Shown here one piece after another: positions 10,691-23,483 of a DNA stretch of 64,000 nucleotides. Source of the DNA: an uncultured Bacteroidales bacterium (lineage in GTDB: Bacteria; Bacteroidota; Bacteroidia; Bacteroidales; UBA4417); assembly GCA_963802185.1 (NCBI GenBank), contig CAWDHU010000017.1, forward strand, positions 202,612-266,611. The letters run 5' to 3'. Under the pieces are notes generated by a model. It did no database searches, was not told where the DNA came from, and was given only the letters and a program-made list of their open reading frames with translations. The first letter of the stretch is position 1, and every line of letters starts with the position of its first letter. The translations under genes were made by a program, and so were the position numbers.

Positions 10691-12166
10691 TGAATGCTCT
10701 ACCTACAGCAAACATTTCAGGCACAGCTTCAATCTGTACTGGTGGAAATGCACTCCTTACTTCCAATGCCACTGCCGGAAGCGGAACAATCACATCCTAT
10801 CAATGGAATTTGGGAGGGACACCTATCAGCGGTGCAACACTAGCAACCTATACAGCCTCAGCAGCAGGGTCATACACAATTACAATTACTAACAGCAATG
10901 GCTGTTCTTTCCTATCAAGTCCTTTTGTGGTAACAGTAAATGCCTTACCTACAGCAAACATTACCGGAACGGCTTCATTCTGTACCGGTGGAAATACGCT
11001 GCTTGCTTCCAATGCCGCTGCCGGAAGTGGAACAATTACAAACTATCAGTGGAATTTAGGAGGAATACCTATCAGCGGGGCATCAGCAGCAACCTATACA
11101 GCTTTTGCTGCAGGTTCATACACAGTTACAATTACTAATAACAATGGGTGTTCTTTTACATCAAATGCTTTTGTGGTAACAGTAAATGCCTTTCCTGCAG
11201 CAAACATCACTGGAGCAGCTTCATTCTGTACTTTTGGGAATACACTGCTTACTTCCAATGCCACTTCAGGAAGCGGAACAATCACAAACTATCAGTGGAA
11301 TTTGGGAGGAGCTTCCATCAGCGGGGCAACTTCAGCAAACTATACGGCTGCAGCAGCAGGTTCATACACAGTTACTATTTCTAACAGCAATGGTTGCTCT
11401 TTTACATCAAATGCTTTTATTGTAAGTGAAAATACCTTGCCTACAGCAAACATTACCGGAACGGCTTCATTCTGTACAGGTGGAAATACGCTGCTTGCTT
11501 CCAATGCCGCTCCCGGGAGTGGAACAATCACAAACTACCAGTGGAATTTGGCAGGGGTATCCATCAATGGAGCAACTTCATCAAATTATACGGCTGCAAT
11601 AGCAGGTTCATACACAGTTACAATTACTAACAGCAATGGCTGTTCTTTTACATCAACTCCTTTCATCTTAATAGTTAATGCTTTGCCTACAGCCAACATT
11701 ACCGGAACGGCTTCATTCTGTACAGGTGGAAATACGCTGCTAACTTCCAATGCAACAGCCGGAAGCGGAACAATTACAAACTATAGATGGAATTTGGGTG
11801 GGGCGCCGATTAGCGGGGCAACAGCATCAACCTACACGGCTACTGCAGCAGGTTCATATACGGTTACAATAACAAACAGCAGTGGTTGTTCTTTTACATC
11901 AAATGCTTTTGCGCTAACGATAAATGCCTTGCCTACAGCGAACATTACTGGAACATCTACATTCTGTACAGGTGAAAATACACTGCTCACTTCCAATGCA
12001 GCAGCAGGAAGCGGAACAATTACAAACTATAGATGGAATTTGGGTGGGGTACCGATTAGCGGAGCAACTGCAGCAAGCTATACGGCTGCTGCTGCAGGTT
12101 CCTACACAGTTACAATTACTAACAGCAATGGTTGTTCGTTTACTTCATCTGCTGTTACGATAACTG
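10690..12166 (+). repeat. 6 tandem copies of a 246-bp (82-aa) module
   Basis: Unit: NALPTANITGTASFCTGGNTLL.SNA.AGSGTITNYQWNLGG.PISGAT...YTA.AAGSYTVTITNSNGCSFTS..F..TV. The landmark acctacagca recurs at 10701 and 10947. Confidence 0.85.
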
Positions 12167-12411
12167 TTAATGCATTGCCAGTAGCACCAACAGCCAGCAT
12201 CACAGTTCAGCCTACTTGCATACAACCAACAGGTACAATAATTATAACTTCTTCAACAACAGGTTTAACTTTTAGCCTTGATGGAACAGCTTATACATCT
12301 TACCCGGCAGGAGGCTATACATTTGTGTCTCCTGGACCCCATATCCTCACAGCTCAAAATGCTAATAACTGTATATCTAATGTTACGAATGTAAGTGTAA
12401 ATCCTGTACCT

Positions 12412-14050
12412 AATGGGCCTACAGACGTTGCAACCACAACTGTCAATGCAAGTTGTGGGCTAAGTAACGGAACAATCACATTGGGTTCCGTCACCAGTGG
12501 AACTGCTCCATATACCTATTCTGTAGATGCGTCTGTATTTACCATATCAATATCTTACTCCGGAATGGCTGCAGGACCACATAGTGTTCAGGTCAGGGAT
12601 GCTAATGGTTGTATTTACTCCACTAGCGTTATAGTCAGTAATTCCAGCGGACCTACGGCCATCGCCGCCACGCCTGCCAATGCAAGTTGCGGGCTGAGTA
12701 ACGGAACTATTACATTGGGAGCCGTCACAGGTGGACTTGCTCCTTATACCTATTCGGTAGACGCTTCTGCATTTACTGCTTCAACATCCTACACTGGAAT
12801 AGCTGCAGGACCACATAGTATCCAGGTTAAGGATGCTAACAGTTGTATTTTCTCCACTAACGTCACCATCAGTAATGCCAGTGGACCTACGGCTATTGCT
12901 ACCACACCTGCCAGTGCAAGTTGCGGTCTAAGCAACGGAACCCTTATGCTAGGTGCCGTCACCGGTGGAACTACTCCTTATACCTATTCGGTTGATGCAT
13001 CTGCATTTACCGTTTCAACATCTTATTCCGGAATGGCTGAAGGGTCACATAGTGTCCAGGTCCGGGATGCCAACGGTTGTATTTTCTCCACAAGCGTTGC
13101 CATCGGTAATGCCAGCGGACCTACGGACATTGTCGCCACTACTGCAAATGCAAGTTGTGGGCTAAACAACGGAACCTTTACACTATATTCCGTCACTGGT
13201 GGAACGTCTCCATATACCTATTCGGTTGATGCTTCTGCATTTACCGCTTCAACATCTTACTCTGGAATGTCTGCAGGGCCACATAGTGTTAAGGTCAGAG
13301 ACGCAAACGGGTGTATTTTCTCCACTAGCGTCACCATCAGTAATGCCAGCGGGCCTACGGATATTGCTGCCACACCTGCCAATGCAAGTTGCGGACAGAG
13401 TAATGGAACAATTACACTAGGTGCTGTCGCTGGTGGAACTGCTCCATTTACCTATTCAATAGATACTTCTGCATTTTCCCCTTTAACATTTTATTCCGGA
13501 ATTGCTGCAGGCCCGCATAGTGTCCAAGTCAGGGATGTCAATGGGTGTATTTTCTCCACAAGCGTTACCATCAGTAATGTCGGCGGACCTACGGCAATTG
13601 TAGCTACACCTGCCAATGCAAGTTGCGGACTGAGTAACGGAAGCATTATACTTGGTACTATCACCGGTGGAACTGCTCCGTTTACTTATTCGGTCGACGC
13701 TTCTGTATTTACACCTTCTACATTTTACTCCGGAATGGCTGCAGGACCACATAGTGTCCAGGTCAGGGATGCAAATGGTTGTATTTTCCCCACAAGCGTC
13801 ACCATCAGTAATGCCAGCGGGCCTACAGCCATTGTTTCAACATCAGACAGTGCAAGTTGTGGGCAGAGCAACGGAACAATTACTCTGGGCGCAGTTACCG
13901 GAGGAGCTGCTCCATATACTTATTCTGTAGATTCTTCTGCGTTTACTACTTCCACATCTTATTCCGCAATGGCTGAAGGGCCACATAGTGTTCAGGTCAG
14001 GGATGCCAACGGTTGTATTTTCTCCACAAGCGTCACCATAATTCAGGCTG
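12412..14050 (+). repeat. 7 tandem copies of a 234-bp (78-aa) SprB-repeat-like module
   Basis: Unit: SGPTAIAATPANASCGLSNGTITLGAVTGGTAPYTYSVDASAFT.STSYSGMAAGPHSVQVRDANGCIFSTSVTISNA. The landmark tgcaagttg recurs at 12447, 12681, 12915 ... 13851. The C-x4-NG-x-I ... GG-x2-PYTYS core resembles SprB repeats. Confidence 0.8.
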
Positions 14051-15540
14051 TCAATACACTAAAAGCACCTATTACAGGGACTATAACCCAACCTACCTGT
14101 AGCCTTGCAACAGGTAAGGTAATATTATCCGGTTTGCCTGAATTAACCTGGACTATTAATCCAGGATCAATTACAGGTACCGGTTCTACCACAACTATTT
14201 CCGGTTTAACTACAGGTAAATACAACTTTACTGTTACCAACGCTGAAGGATGTATTTCGCCTGCTTCCACAGCTGTTATCATTCTTGCTGTTCCTGGTTT
14301 GCCTACTGCACCAATCGTAGACCAAATAACTCAATCATCCTGTATCCTGGCAACGGGTAGTGTAATATTAACAGGTTTGCCCGCATCGATCTGGACTATT
14401 AATCCCGGATCAATCACAGGTACAGGTTCTGCTACAACTATTTCCGGTTTAGCTGCAGGCACATACAACTATACTGTTACAAATGCTGAAGGATGTATTT
14501 CGCCATCTTCAGCAGATGTGGTAATCACACAAACTCAAGGACCGACAGCTGACTTCAGTTTCAGTTTAGCTTGCCTTGGTCTTCCTACTTATTTTTTCGA
14601 TCATTCCGATTCTTATCCAGATCCGCTTACTTTTTGGGGATGGGTTGTTAAAGACAGTGTACAAACGGTAGGTGATATGACCGGAGTTAATACAACTTTT
14701 ACCTTCGAAAGAAAAGGTTCATATTCTGTAATTCATACTGTTTACAATTCAGCTGGTTGTTATGATAGTAAAACCTACAAGGTAACAGTTTATCCTTCGC
14801 CATTGAGTGTTTTCAGTTTAGAGGATAATTATCAAAACATACAGGGAAAGATACTTCTTCAAAATGAATCAGTAGGGGCTGATGAGTATTTCTGGGATTT
14901 CGGAAACAATGAAACTTCAACAGAAGCATCACCTGTGATTACCTATAACGAAAACGGAGATTTTCTCATCCAGCTTTTCTCCAGGAATTCCTATGATTGT
15001 GTTGATTCTTCATCAATAATCTATAATATGTTGTTTAAAGGACTATGGGTACCAAATGCAATCAGTCCGGGAGCTGTTTCAGCCGTAAGTATTTGGAAAC
15101 CTGTAGGGGAAAATCTTAGCTCTTACAAAGCAGAAATATATGACAGGTGGGGCAAGCTGTTGTGGAGTTCAGATAAACTAGAAAATGGGATTCCTTCCGA
15201 AGGATGGGATGGAAAATACAATGGATCACTTTGTAATGAAGGAGCATATATATGGAAAATTTCAGCCACATTCAAAGATGGATCAATCTGGCCCAATGCC
15301 AAAGTAGATTACCGTCAAAACGTGCAGGACAGTGGCTCTGGGACTGTTACATTGATACGATAAGTCAGCTTATACGATAAGTCAGTAAATGAATGTTAAT
15401 TAACTTGATAATTTATCCGGATGAAGAAATCCGATCTAATTCGTTTCAAAGTAATAACACTTTTATTATCAATAGTTTCTTGAAAGTGTAATATGTAAGG
15501 CAAAAATGTTTGTGTAATTATACGGGAATAAAAGCAAAAA

Positions 15541-15563
15541 GGCCAATAGAAATTCTATTGGCC
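15541..15563. terminator. bidirectional hairpin terminator between convergent genes
   Basis: ggccaatag (15541-15549) pairs with ctattggcc (15555-15563). Flanked by an A-run (15535-15540) and a T-run (15564-15568). Confidence 0.8.
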
Positions 15564-15589
15564 TTTTTGGGTAAACCACTTTTTATCAA

Positions 15590-17110
15590 TTATTTAATTG
15601 ATTTAATCTCAACTCGACGGTTATTAGCCCGGCCGGCTAAAGTTTTGTTAGTGGCTGCAGGACTGCCTTCACCATAGAACTGCTTAACAAGCCGATCTTT
15701 CGCAATACCTTTTTTAACAAGGTAATTGACAACATAATCAGCACGTTTTTCTGATAGTTTCATATTATATGCAGCTGGTCCTTGCGAATCAGCATAGCCT
15801 TCAATTGACAAACTAGTATTTTCATGTTCATTCATGGCTTCAACTACTTCATCAAGATACATATAGAATTTTTTAGCCAGTTGTGTTTTATCAAAGCCAA
15901 AATAGACAACTTTGGAGTATTCGAACTTAAGGTCAGGACACCCGTTATTTGCTACAATTCCAAATACATCCGGACATTTGTCTTTATTATCAGGAATTCC
16001 ATCGCCATCTGTATCAGGACAACCATTGAACTGAGCCAGACCTTTATTATCCGGGCATGCATCATCGTTGTCAGTAATTCCATCGCCATCGCGATCAGGA
16101 CATCCAGCAAATTCCTTTAAACCAGCAACATCCGGGCATTGATCATCTTTATCTGCAATACCATCATTATCTTTATCAGGACATCCGTTAAGTTCTTTCT
16201 TTCCGGCTGAGTTTGGACAAGCATCCTGACTGTCAATAATTCCATCACCATCCGTATCAGGACAACCTTTAAATTCTGTTTTTCCTGCTACATCAGGGCA
16301 AGCATCTTCATTATCGGTTATTCCATCATTGTCTTTGTCGGGGCAACCAGCCAATTCATACTTGCCAAAAACTTCAGGACAAAGGTCATCCTGATCTCTA
16401 ATTCCATCACCATCAGTGTCTTTAAGTCCAAAATTAATCTGCAACCCAGCTGAGGCATAGCTGTAATGGTCGTTATTTTCCTTTCCAGCATCAGTAAAAT
16501 CCAGTCTTCTTCCATTAAAAATTGTGCGATCACCATATTCCAGATTAATTGAAAAGGTATTACTAAGCCTGAATGACGCACCCAAGCCTAATGGAAGAAA
16601 GAAATCACGCTGACTACTCGTATTTTCTCTCATTATAACTCCATCAATATCTTCAAGTTTAGATTTATAGGTAACAAGTCCTACTCCGGTAAAACCATAA
16701 ATATTTAAAAATCTTTTAGCGTTGTATTCTGTAAAAATCTCGCTGATATTTATTGTCAGATTAAGGGCACCATCCCATACATCAGAGGTTAATATTTTGT
16801 TCTGATCAGTTCTTTCACTATACAAACTGGATTTCACAAATTGCGCACGTAACCCGAATATAGGATGGACCTGTAAACCCAAAACAGCACCAAAAGCGAA
16901 TTTAGGATTTTGATTCCAGAAATCTTTCTGATTTAAATCGCCAAAATATTGACTTAAACCAATACTAGGCTGAATGTACAAATACCCATTAAAAGGAACA
17001 TTTGCACTTATATTATCTTTCTGGGCGAAAGTATTGAAAGAAAAAGACTGAAATGCAATAATCAATAAAATAACTATTGACAATCGTGAAATGCCGTAAA
17101 ATCGATTCAT
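15590..17110 (-). CDS. OmpA-family outer-membrane protein with TSP3 repeat array (third paralogue)
   Basis: Signal peptide. The N-terminal region aligns with the other two paralogues (YIQPSIGLSQYFGDLNQKDFWNQNPKFAFGAVLGLQVHPIFGLRAQF). TSP3 units lie at nt ~15935-16430. C-terminal OmpA domain (GRANNRRVEIKSIK). Confidence 0.85.
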   Translation of the reverse strand: MNRFYGISRLSIVILLIIAFQSFSFNTFAQKDNISANVPFNGYLYIQPSIGLSQYFGDLNQKDFWNQNPKFAFGAVLGLQVHPIFGLRAQFVKSSLYSERTDQNKILTSDVWDGALNLTINISEIFTEYNAKRFLNIYGFTGVGLVTYKSKLEDIDGVIMRENTSSQRDFFLPLGLGASFRLSNTFSINLEYGDRTIFNGRRLDFTDAGKENNDHYSYASAGLQINFGLKDTDGDGIRDQDDLCPEVFGKYELAGCPDKDNDGITDNEDACPDVAGKTEFKGCPDTDGDGIIDSQDACPNSAGKKELNGCPDKDNDGIADKDDQCPDVAGLKEFAGCPDRDGDGITDNDDACPDNKGLAQFNGCPDTDGDGIPDNKDKCPDVFGIVANNGCPDLKFEYSKVVYFGFDKTQLAKKFYMYLDEVVEAMNEHENTSLSIEGYADSQGPAAYNMKLSEKRADYVVNYLVKKGIAKDRLVKQFYGEGSPAATNKTLAGRANNRRVEIKSIK

Positions 17111-17149
17111 TAACTATGTGTTAAATTATAAATGAGATCTTAATTTTTA

Positions 17150-17157
17150 CAAATATA
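17150..17157 (-). promoter_or_regulatory. candidate -7 promoter element (TAnnTTTG on the minus strand) for the OmpA paralogue
   Basis: The plus strand reads CAAATATAgtgat, 40 bp upstream of the start at 17110. It shares CAAAnATAGTGAT with the site at 4200. Confidence 0.45.
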
Positions 17158-17339
17158 GTGATAAAATTGAACAAAGTAAATAACAGAGTATTTGTAGCGG
17201 CGGGATAATTTCAAATTTAACGCCCAAAAACTTTTATTTCGGAATATTTATACTCAAAAATCTGTCTTAACTTATATGTTAACCTCAATTTTGAAAACAA
17301 TTCTTGTGAGGATAATGAAAGAACAAGGTTAGTTTGCTT

Positions 17340-17879
17340 TTAACCCAAATTTTCTTTTAACCTGATATAAAAATGATACAGAACAATAGCTGCCGAAACA
17401 GAAACATTAAAAGAGTGTTTTGTTCCGAATTGTGGTATCTCAACACACGCATCCGCAACATTCATAACGGATTCGCTTACACCCGTAACTTCATTTCCAA
17501 AAACAAGAGCAATTTTTTCTCCTACAGCAGGAATATAACCTTCAAGAATTATACTATTAACGGCCTGCTCAACTGCAATAACCTTGTAACCTGATTGTTT
17601 CAACAGATTTATAGCAGAAATGGTGTCGTCAAAGTATTGCCATTTAACAGATTCTGTTGCACCTAATGCAGACTTATTGATTTCCCTGTTTGGTGGAGTT
17701 GCAGTAATACCACATAAATACAATTCCTCAATCCTGAATGCATCCGAAGTTCGGAAAATTGATCCAATATTGTGTTGGCTTCTGACATTATCAAGAACAC
17801 ATATTACCGGAAGTTTGCCGAGTTCATTATATTTTTCAACACTTACCCTGTTTAGTTCATCCATACTAAGTTTCCGCAT
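17340..17879 (-). CDS. SpoU/TrmH-family RNA 2'-O-methyltransferase
   Basis: SPOUT motifs NIGSIFRTSDAF, LVFGNEVTGVS and SFNVSVSAAIVLYH. Confidence 0.85.
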   Translation of the reverse strand: MRKLSMDELNRVSVEKYNELGKLPVICVLDNVRSQHNIGSIFRTSDAFRIEELYLCGITATPPNREINKSALGATESVKWQYFDDTISAINLLKQSGYKVIAVEQAVNSIILEGYIPAVGEKIALVFGNEVTGVSESVMNVADACVEIPQFGTKHSFNVSVSAAIVLYHFYIRLKENLG

Positions 17880-17896
17880 ACTACTGAATTAAAGGG

Positions 17897-17904
17897 CAAA
17901 TTTA
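17897..17904 (-). promoter_or_regulatory. candidate -7 promoter element for the SpoU-type gene
   Basis: The plus strand reads gggCAAATTTA, which is TAAATTTGccc on the minus strand, 18 bp upstream of the start at 17879. Confidence 0.4.
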
Positions 17905-17980
17905 TACGTTTTTTGATGCTTCTGTAAGTAAAATTTATTAACACTTTGCTTCATCAAAGAATTATCCTTACAGATAATCC

Positions 17981-17988
17981 TATATTTG
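17981..17988 (+). promoter_or_regulatory. candidate -7 promoter element for mutS
   Basis: TATATTTGcc, 19 bp upstream of the mutS start. Divergent from the site at 17897. Confidence 0.4.
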
Positions 17989-18006
17989 CCGTTATAAAAT
18001 CTATAT

Positions 18007-20646
18007 TTGAAAGTGGCAAAAGGAAAAGTTTCGGAAGAAATTGTGGTAACACCACTCATGAAGCAATACAATACTATCAAGGCCAAATACCCTGATGCAC
18101 TTTTACTGTTCAGAGTGGGCGATTTTTACGAAACATTTGGTTCTGATGCTATTAAAGCGTCTGAGATACTTGGCATAATCCTTACGCGACGGGCAAATGG
18201 AGCAGCAGCTTACATTGAACTGGCCGGTTTCCCGCATCATTCACTTGACACCTACCTTCCAAAACTGGTAAGGGCCGGATATAGAGTTGCGATATGCGAT
18301 CAGTTGGAAGACCCTAAGCTTACCAAAACTATTGTAAAACGAGGAGTTACAGAACTTGTTACACCCGGAGTTTCCTATAATGATAAAATTCTTGAAAATA
18401 AAGAGAATAATTTTCTGGCATGTATTCACCTGCTACCGAAAGCTTCAGGTATTGCTTTTCTCGATATTTCAACCGGAGAGTTTTTGGTCGCACAGGGTTC
18501 AAATGATTATATCGAAAAGCTATTACAAACTTTTCGCCCATCGGAAGTAATCGTACAAAAGAATAAGCGCCAGCAGTTTATTGAAACCTTTGGCGACAAG
18601 TTTTATTTCTCATACTTTGATGAATGGGTTTTCACCATTGATTTCGCCAAAGAACTTCTTTTGAAACAATTCGGCACAGTTTCACTCAAAGGATTTGGTA
18701 TAAGTGAACTTGAAAATGGAGTTATTGCAGCAGGAATAGCTTTGTATTATTTATCTGAAACCCAACATGACAAAGTTCAGCATATCTGTAAAATTTCGCG
18801 TATAGAAGAAGATCATTTCGTATGGCTTGACAAGTTTACTGTCAGGAACCTGGAATTGCTTCAATCACCAAACGACAATGCAAATACACTACTTTCTACA
18901 ATTGACCACACAATATCACCAATGGGTGCCCGACTTCTCAGAAGATGGATTTTACTTCCACTAAAAGACCGGCTTCCTGTAACCGAACGACATGAAATAG
19001 TTAATTATTATTTGCAAAACGACTCTTTTACCGAAATTGTTGAACAAAATATAAAAACTATAGGTGACCTTGAAAGGCTTATATCCAAAGTGGCTGTTGC
19101 AAGGATAAATCCACGTGAAGTGTTGCAGATACGACGAGCATTACGGGCTTTACTACCTATAAAATCAGCTTGCATTGACGCTACACATGAAGCAATTAAT
19201 CACCTGGGAGCACAAATAAATCCCTGCGAACTTATTGCTGATAAAATCGGGCAAACCATTCAAGATGACCCTCCAACCATGGTATCGAAAGGACAAGTAA
19301 TAGCGGCTGGAGTATCGGCTGAACTTGATGAACTAAGAGGCCTTGCATACTCGGGTAAGGATTACCTGGTTAAATTACAGCAACGTGAAATTGAGCGGAC
19401 TGGTATTACCTCGTTAAAAGTAAGTTTTAATAATGTTTTTGGCTATTACCTAGAGGTAACCAATTCACATAAAGATAAGGTACCTCCCGAATGGACCCGA
19501 AAACAAACGCTGGTAAATGCCGAGCGTTATATAACAGAGGAACTGAAGGAATACGAACAAAAGATTCTGGGTGCCGAAGAAAAGATATTTGACATTGAAA
19601 ACAGGCTTTATAACGAATTGATCCTTCACCTTGCTGAATACGTTCAGCCGGTCCAGCTAAATGCGCAACTTATCGCTCGTCTCGACTGCCTGTTGTCATT
19701 TGCCCGAATAGCAATTACCAACCGATATGTTAAGCCAACACTAAATGATTCATTTACACTTGAAATCAAAAACGGTCGTCATCCTGTAATTGAAAAACAT
19801 TTGCCTACAGGTGAAGAGTATATTGCTAATGATGTATTGCTGGATAATGACGGCCAGCAAATTATAATTCTAACAGGTCCCAACATGTCAGGAAAGTCGG
19901 CTTTGTTGAGGCAAACTGCACTGATAGTACTGCTGGCCCAGATCGGCAGTTTTGTCCCTGCAGATGAGGCAAAAATCGGCATGGTTGATAAGATATTTAC
20001 GCGTGTAGGAGCTTCAGATAACATAACTTCCGGAGAATCGACATTTATGGTTGAGATGAACGAAACCGCCAGTATCCTCAACAACATTTCGAACCGTAGC
20101 CTTATATTACTTGATGAAATAGGTCGTGGCACGAGCACATACGATGGCATTTCAATTGCACGGGCAATCACAGAATATCTGCATGATCATCCACTTTACC
20201 GTGCCAAAGTATTATTTGCAACCCATTATCATGAACTAAACGAAATGGCTACCAGCAAACCACGTATTCGCAATTACCACGTTGCAGTTAAGGAAATTGG
20301 GAAGAAGGTAATATTTCTTCGTAAACTTACTCCTGGTGGCAGCGAACACAGTTTTGGTATTCACGTTGCCCGTATGGCCGGTATGCCGGGAAGTGTATTA
20401 CAAAGAGCCACTAACATACTTTCACAACTTGAAAAGAAGCACGTGACTGACGATCAGCAAAATGGAGATAATTCATCTAAAAGTGTAAAAAGAGAGGACG
20501 ATATTCAATTAAGCTTTTTTCAGCTGGATGACCCTTTGCTGGAGCGCATCCGGGATGATATTATGGCTTTGGATATTAACACCTTAACACCGGTGGAAGC
20601 TTTGATGAAACTGAATGAGATTAAAAATTTACTAAAAAAATATTAG
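18007..20646 (+). CDS. mutS: DNA mismatch repair protein MutS
   Basis: N-terminal [30 protein letters not shown], Walker A GPNMSGKS, and STFMVEM...DEIGRGTST. Apparent TTG start at 18007. Confidence 0.95.
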   Translation: MKVAKGKVSEEIVVTPLMKQYNTIKAKYPDALLLFRVGDFYETFGSDAIKASEILGIILTRRANGAAAYIELAGFPHHSLDTYLPKLVRAGYRVAICDQLEDPKLTKTIVKRGVTELVTPGVSYNDKILENKENNFLACIHLLPKASGIAFLDISTGEFLVAQGSNDYIEKLLQTFRPSEVIVQKNKRQQFIETFGDKFYFSYFDEWVFTIDFAKELLLKQFGTVSLKGFGISELENGVIAAGIALYYLSETQHDKVQHICKISRIEEDHFVWLDKFTVRNLELLQSPNDNANTLLSTIDHTISPMGARLLRRWILLPLKDRLPVTERHEIVNYYLQNDSFTEIVEQNIKTIGDLERLISKVAVARINPREVLQIRRALRALLPIKSACIDATHEAINHLGAQINPCELIADKIGQTIQDDPPTMVSKGQVIAAGVSAELDELRGLAYSGKDYLVKLQQREIERTGITSLKVSFNNVFGYYLEVTNSHKDKVPPEWTRKQTLVNAERYITEELKEYEQKILGAEEKIFDIENRLYNELILHLAEYVQPVQLNAQLIARLDCLLSFARIAITNRYVKPTLNDSFTLEIKNGRHPVIEKHLPTGEEYIANDVLLDNDGQQIIILTGPNMSGKSALLRQTALIVLLAQIGSFVPADEAKIGMVDKIFTRVGASDNITSGESTFMVEMNETASILNNISNRSLILLDEIGRGTSTYDGISIARAITEYLHDHPLYRAKVLFATHYHELNEMATSKPRIRNYHVAVKEIGKKVIFLRKLTPGGSEHSFGIHVARMAGMPGSVLQRATNILSQLEKKHVTDDQQNGDNSSKSVKREDDIQLSFFQLDDPLLERIRDDIMALDINTLTPVEALMKLNEIKNLLKKY

Positions 20647-20664
20647 AGAAGCTTTTGTAATTAG

Positions 20665-20691
20665 AAAATGTATGTATATTTGCACTCCCAA
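20665..20691 (+). promoter_or_regulatory. promoter block for the tRNA-Gly/tRNA-Leu unit (-7 TATATTTG at 20675-20682; TTTG at 20654-20657 as -33)
   Basis: AAAATGTATgtataTTTGCACTCCCAA. The same 27-nt block, with identical internal spacing, precedes the rrn operon at 21363. Confidence 0.65.
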
Positions 20692-20704
20692 AACGGTTAA
20701 TAAT

Positions 20705-20777
<73 letters not shown>

Positions 20778-20789
20778 CTGCTTTAAGAG

Positions 20790-20822
20790 AACCTCCTGTT
20801 AATAGCATGGAGGTTTTTTTTC
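20790..20822 (+). terminator. hairpin plus T-run after tRNA-Gly
   Basis: aacctcc pairs with ggaggtt, followed by T8. Confidence 0.6.
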
Positions 20823-20826
20823 AGGC

Positions 20827-20914
20827 GCCCGAATGGTGAAATAGGTAGACACGAAGGACTTAAAATCCTTTGGCCATTGCGGCCGTGCCGGTTCGATTCC
20901 GGCTTCGGGTACCA
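20827..20914 (+). tRNA. tRNA-Leu (anticodon TAA), long variable arm, CCA encoded
   Basis: Acceptor gcccgaa/ttcgggt, anticodon loop ctTAAaa, variable arm ggccattgcggccgt, T-arm gccggttcgattccggc, 3' end a-cca. Confidence 0.9.
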
Positions 20915-20919
20915 ATTTA

Positions 20920-20950
20920 AAATCCTCGCTTTCACTGCGGGGATTTTTTG
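20920..20950 (+). terminator. hairpin plus T-run after tRNA-Leu
   Basis: atcctcgc pairs with gcggggat (one G-U), followed by TTTTTT. Confidence 0.6.
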
Positions 20951-21362
20951 TTGTTACTAAAATTATTAATGTTATTTTATTGCAGATAACTTATCTCTGT
21001 AATTTACAATTTATTTGACCTTTTTGAAATTTTGTATACTCTTTCCAGGTAGATGAATTCCTTACAAATGATTAAACCATTAACTTTTTCTATAAAAATC
21101 TTGCCTGAGTTGTCATATGATCAACTTTTTAAAAAATATAGTCTTCAATATCTGTCTGAGTAAAAAAATAGAAATCCTGGTTTATACCTATTAATAGAGT
21201 TTACTTATTAAAAGATTTCAGCAATTAGTATTAATCTTATATATTTCAGAATCAAGTAAAATATATTATTTTTTTATCCATTAATTTATCTGATTATGAA
21301 CAACTTCAGAATTATCTTCAGAAATATTCAAAACTTTTTTCAGCAAATAGTTGCAGGAGTAA

Positions 21363-21389
21363 AAAATGTATTTACCTTTGCACTCCCAA
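21363..21389 (+). promoter_or_regulatory. rrn operon promoter block (-7 TACCTTTG at 21373-21380)
   Basis: AAAATGTATttaccTTTGCACTCCCAA. It matches the tRNA promoter block at 20665 in 22 of 27 positions, and lies ~200 nt upstream of the mature 16S 5' end. Confidence 0.65.
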
Positions 21390-21484
21390 TCACGACAAGA
21401 ACTTCTACTATGAATGTTCTGAAACGCGAGAGGGAAACACAAAATTGAAATAATCAGCCATATTGGCTACCTATAGATTACCAA

Positions 21485-21496
21485 GTTCTTTGAAAG
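21485..21496 (+). promoter_or_regulatory. boxA-like antitermination element in the rrn leader
   Basis: GTTCTTTGAAAG resembles enterobacterial boxA (tgCTCTTTaaca). A second copy, GTTCTTTGACAT, sits in the spacer before 23S. This is the classic two-site arrangement. Confidence 0.45.
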
Positions 21497-21583
21497 ACTG
21501 AAGTCAAAACATAAAGCAGCGAATATCCCCTGTTCAAATTTATTTGGCAGAGAAGAAACAATCTGAGACATTTAAGATCAACT

Positions 21584-23109
<1,526 letters not shown>

Positions 23110-23232
23110 AGAGAGATTATTCTTGGCTATCGTGAGATAGCAGATATTCACTGTTTTATGTTGACTTCATGTTTTTACTTTTTGAAACCCAAACGTTTGA
23201 GTAGGGGCTCTCCCCTAGCTAATGGAATCTTT

Positions 23233-23306
23233 AGTCCCGTAGCTCAGTTGGTTAGAGCACTACACTGATAATGTAGGGGTCCGCAGTTCAAATCTGCGCG
23301 GGACTA
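23233..23306 (+). tRNA. tRNA-Ile (anticodon GAT) in the 16S-23S spacer
   Basis: Acceptor agtcccg/cgggact, D-arm gctcagttggttagagc, anticodon loop ctGATaa, T-arm cgcagttcaaatctgcg. Confidence 0.92.
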
Positions 23307-23406
23307 CTACTTTGAAACGTTTACGATGATTAGTAATAAAAATTTGCCATACCGATACCAATCAGTCAGCAGATTTTTTTTTGAGCTAATCTCATTAAAG
23401 TAATTT

Positions 23407-23483
23407 GGGGAATTAGCTCAGCTGGCTAGAGCACCTGCCTTGCACGCAGGGGGTCAACGGTTCGAATCCGTTATTCTCCACCA
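23407..23483 (+). tRNA. tRNA-Ala (anticodon TGC) in the spacer, CCA encoded
   Basis: Acceptor ggggaat/attctcc, including the G3:U70 Ala identity pair. Anticodon loop ctTGCac, T-arm aacggttcgaatccgtt. Confidence 0.92.

Larger units (their letters stand above)
7329..15363 (+). pseudogene. giant modular SprB-like surface adhesin with T9SS type-B (gliding-motility-associated) C-terminal domain; single gene split by a +1 frameshift (fragments 7329..8147 and ~8113/8191..15363)
   Basis: Signal peptide MGIFTRHSIYRVLLTLLSVLIFCVGGLKAQ. The repeat unit continues seamlessly across the break. One extra C at 8109-8111 (aatCCCggg versus aatCCggg in sister repeats) shifts the frame. PKD-like segments lie at ~14530-15020. 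The C-terminus ...WVPNAISPG...AEIYDRWGKLLW...GWDGKYNG...GAYIWKI...GTVTLIR fits the T9SS type-B sorting-domain pattern. Confidence 0.8.

Noticed and set aside
7758-14050. Regularly spaced repeats that could be mistaken for a CRISPR array.
   Set aside because: The repeats are contiguous with no unique spacers. They are 234-267 nt long, in frame and translate into Cys-containing Ig/SprB-like modules. No cas genes are present.
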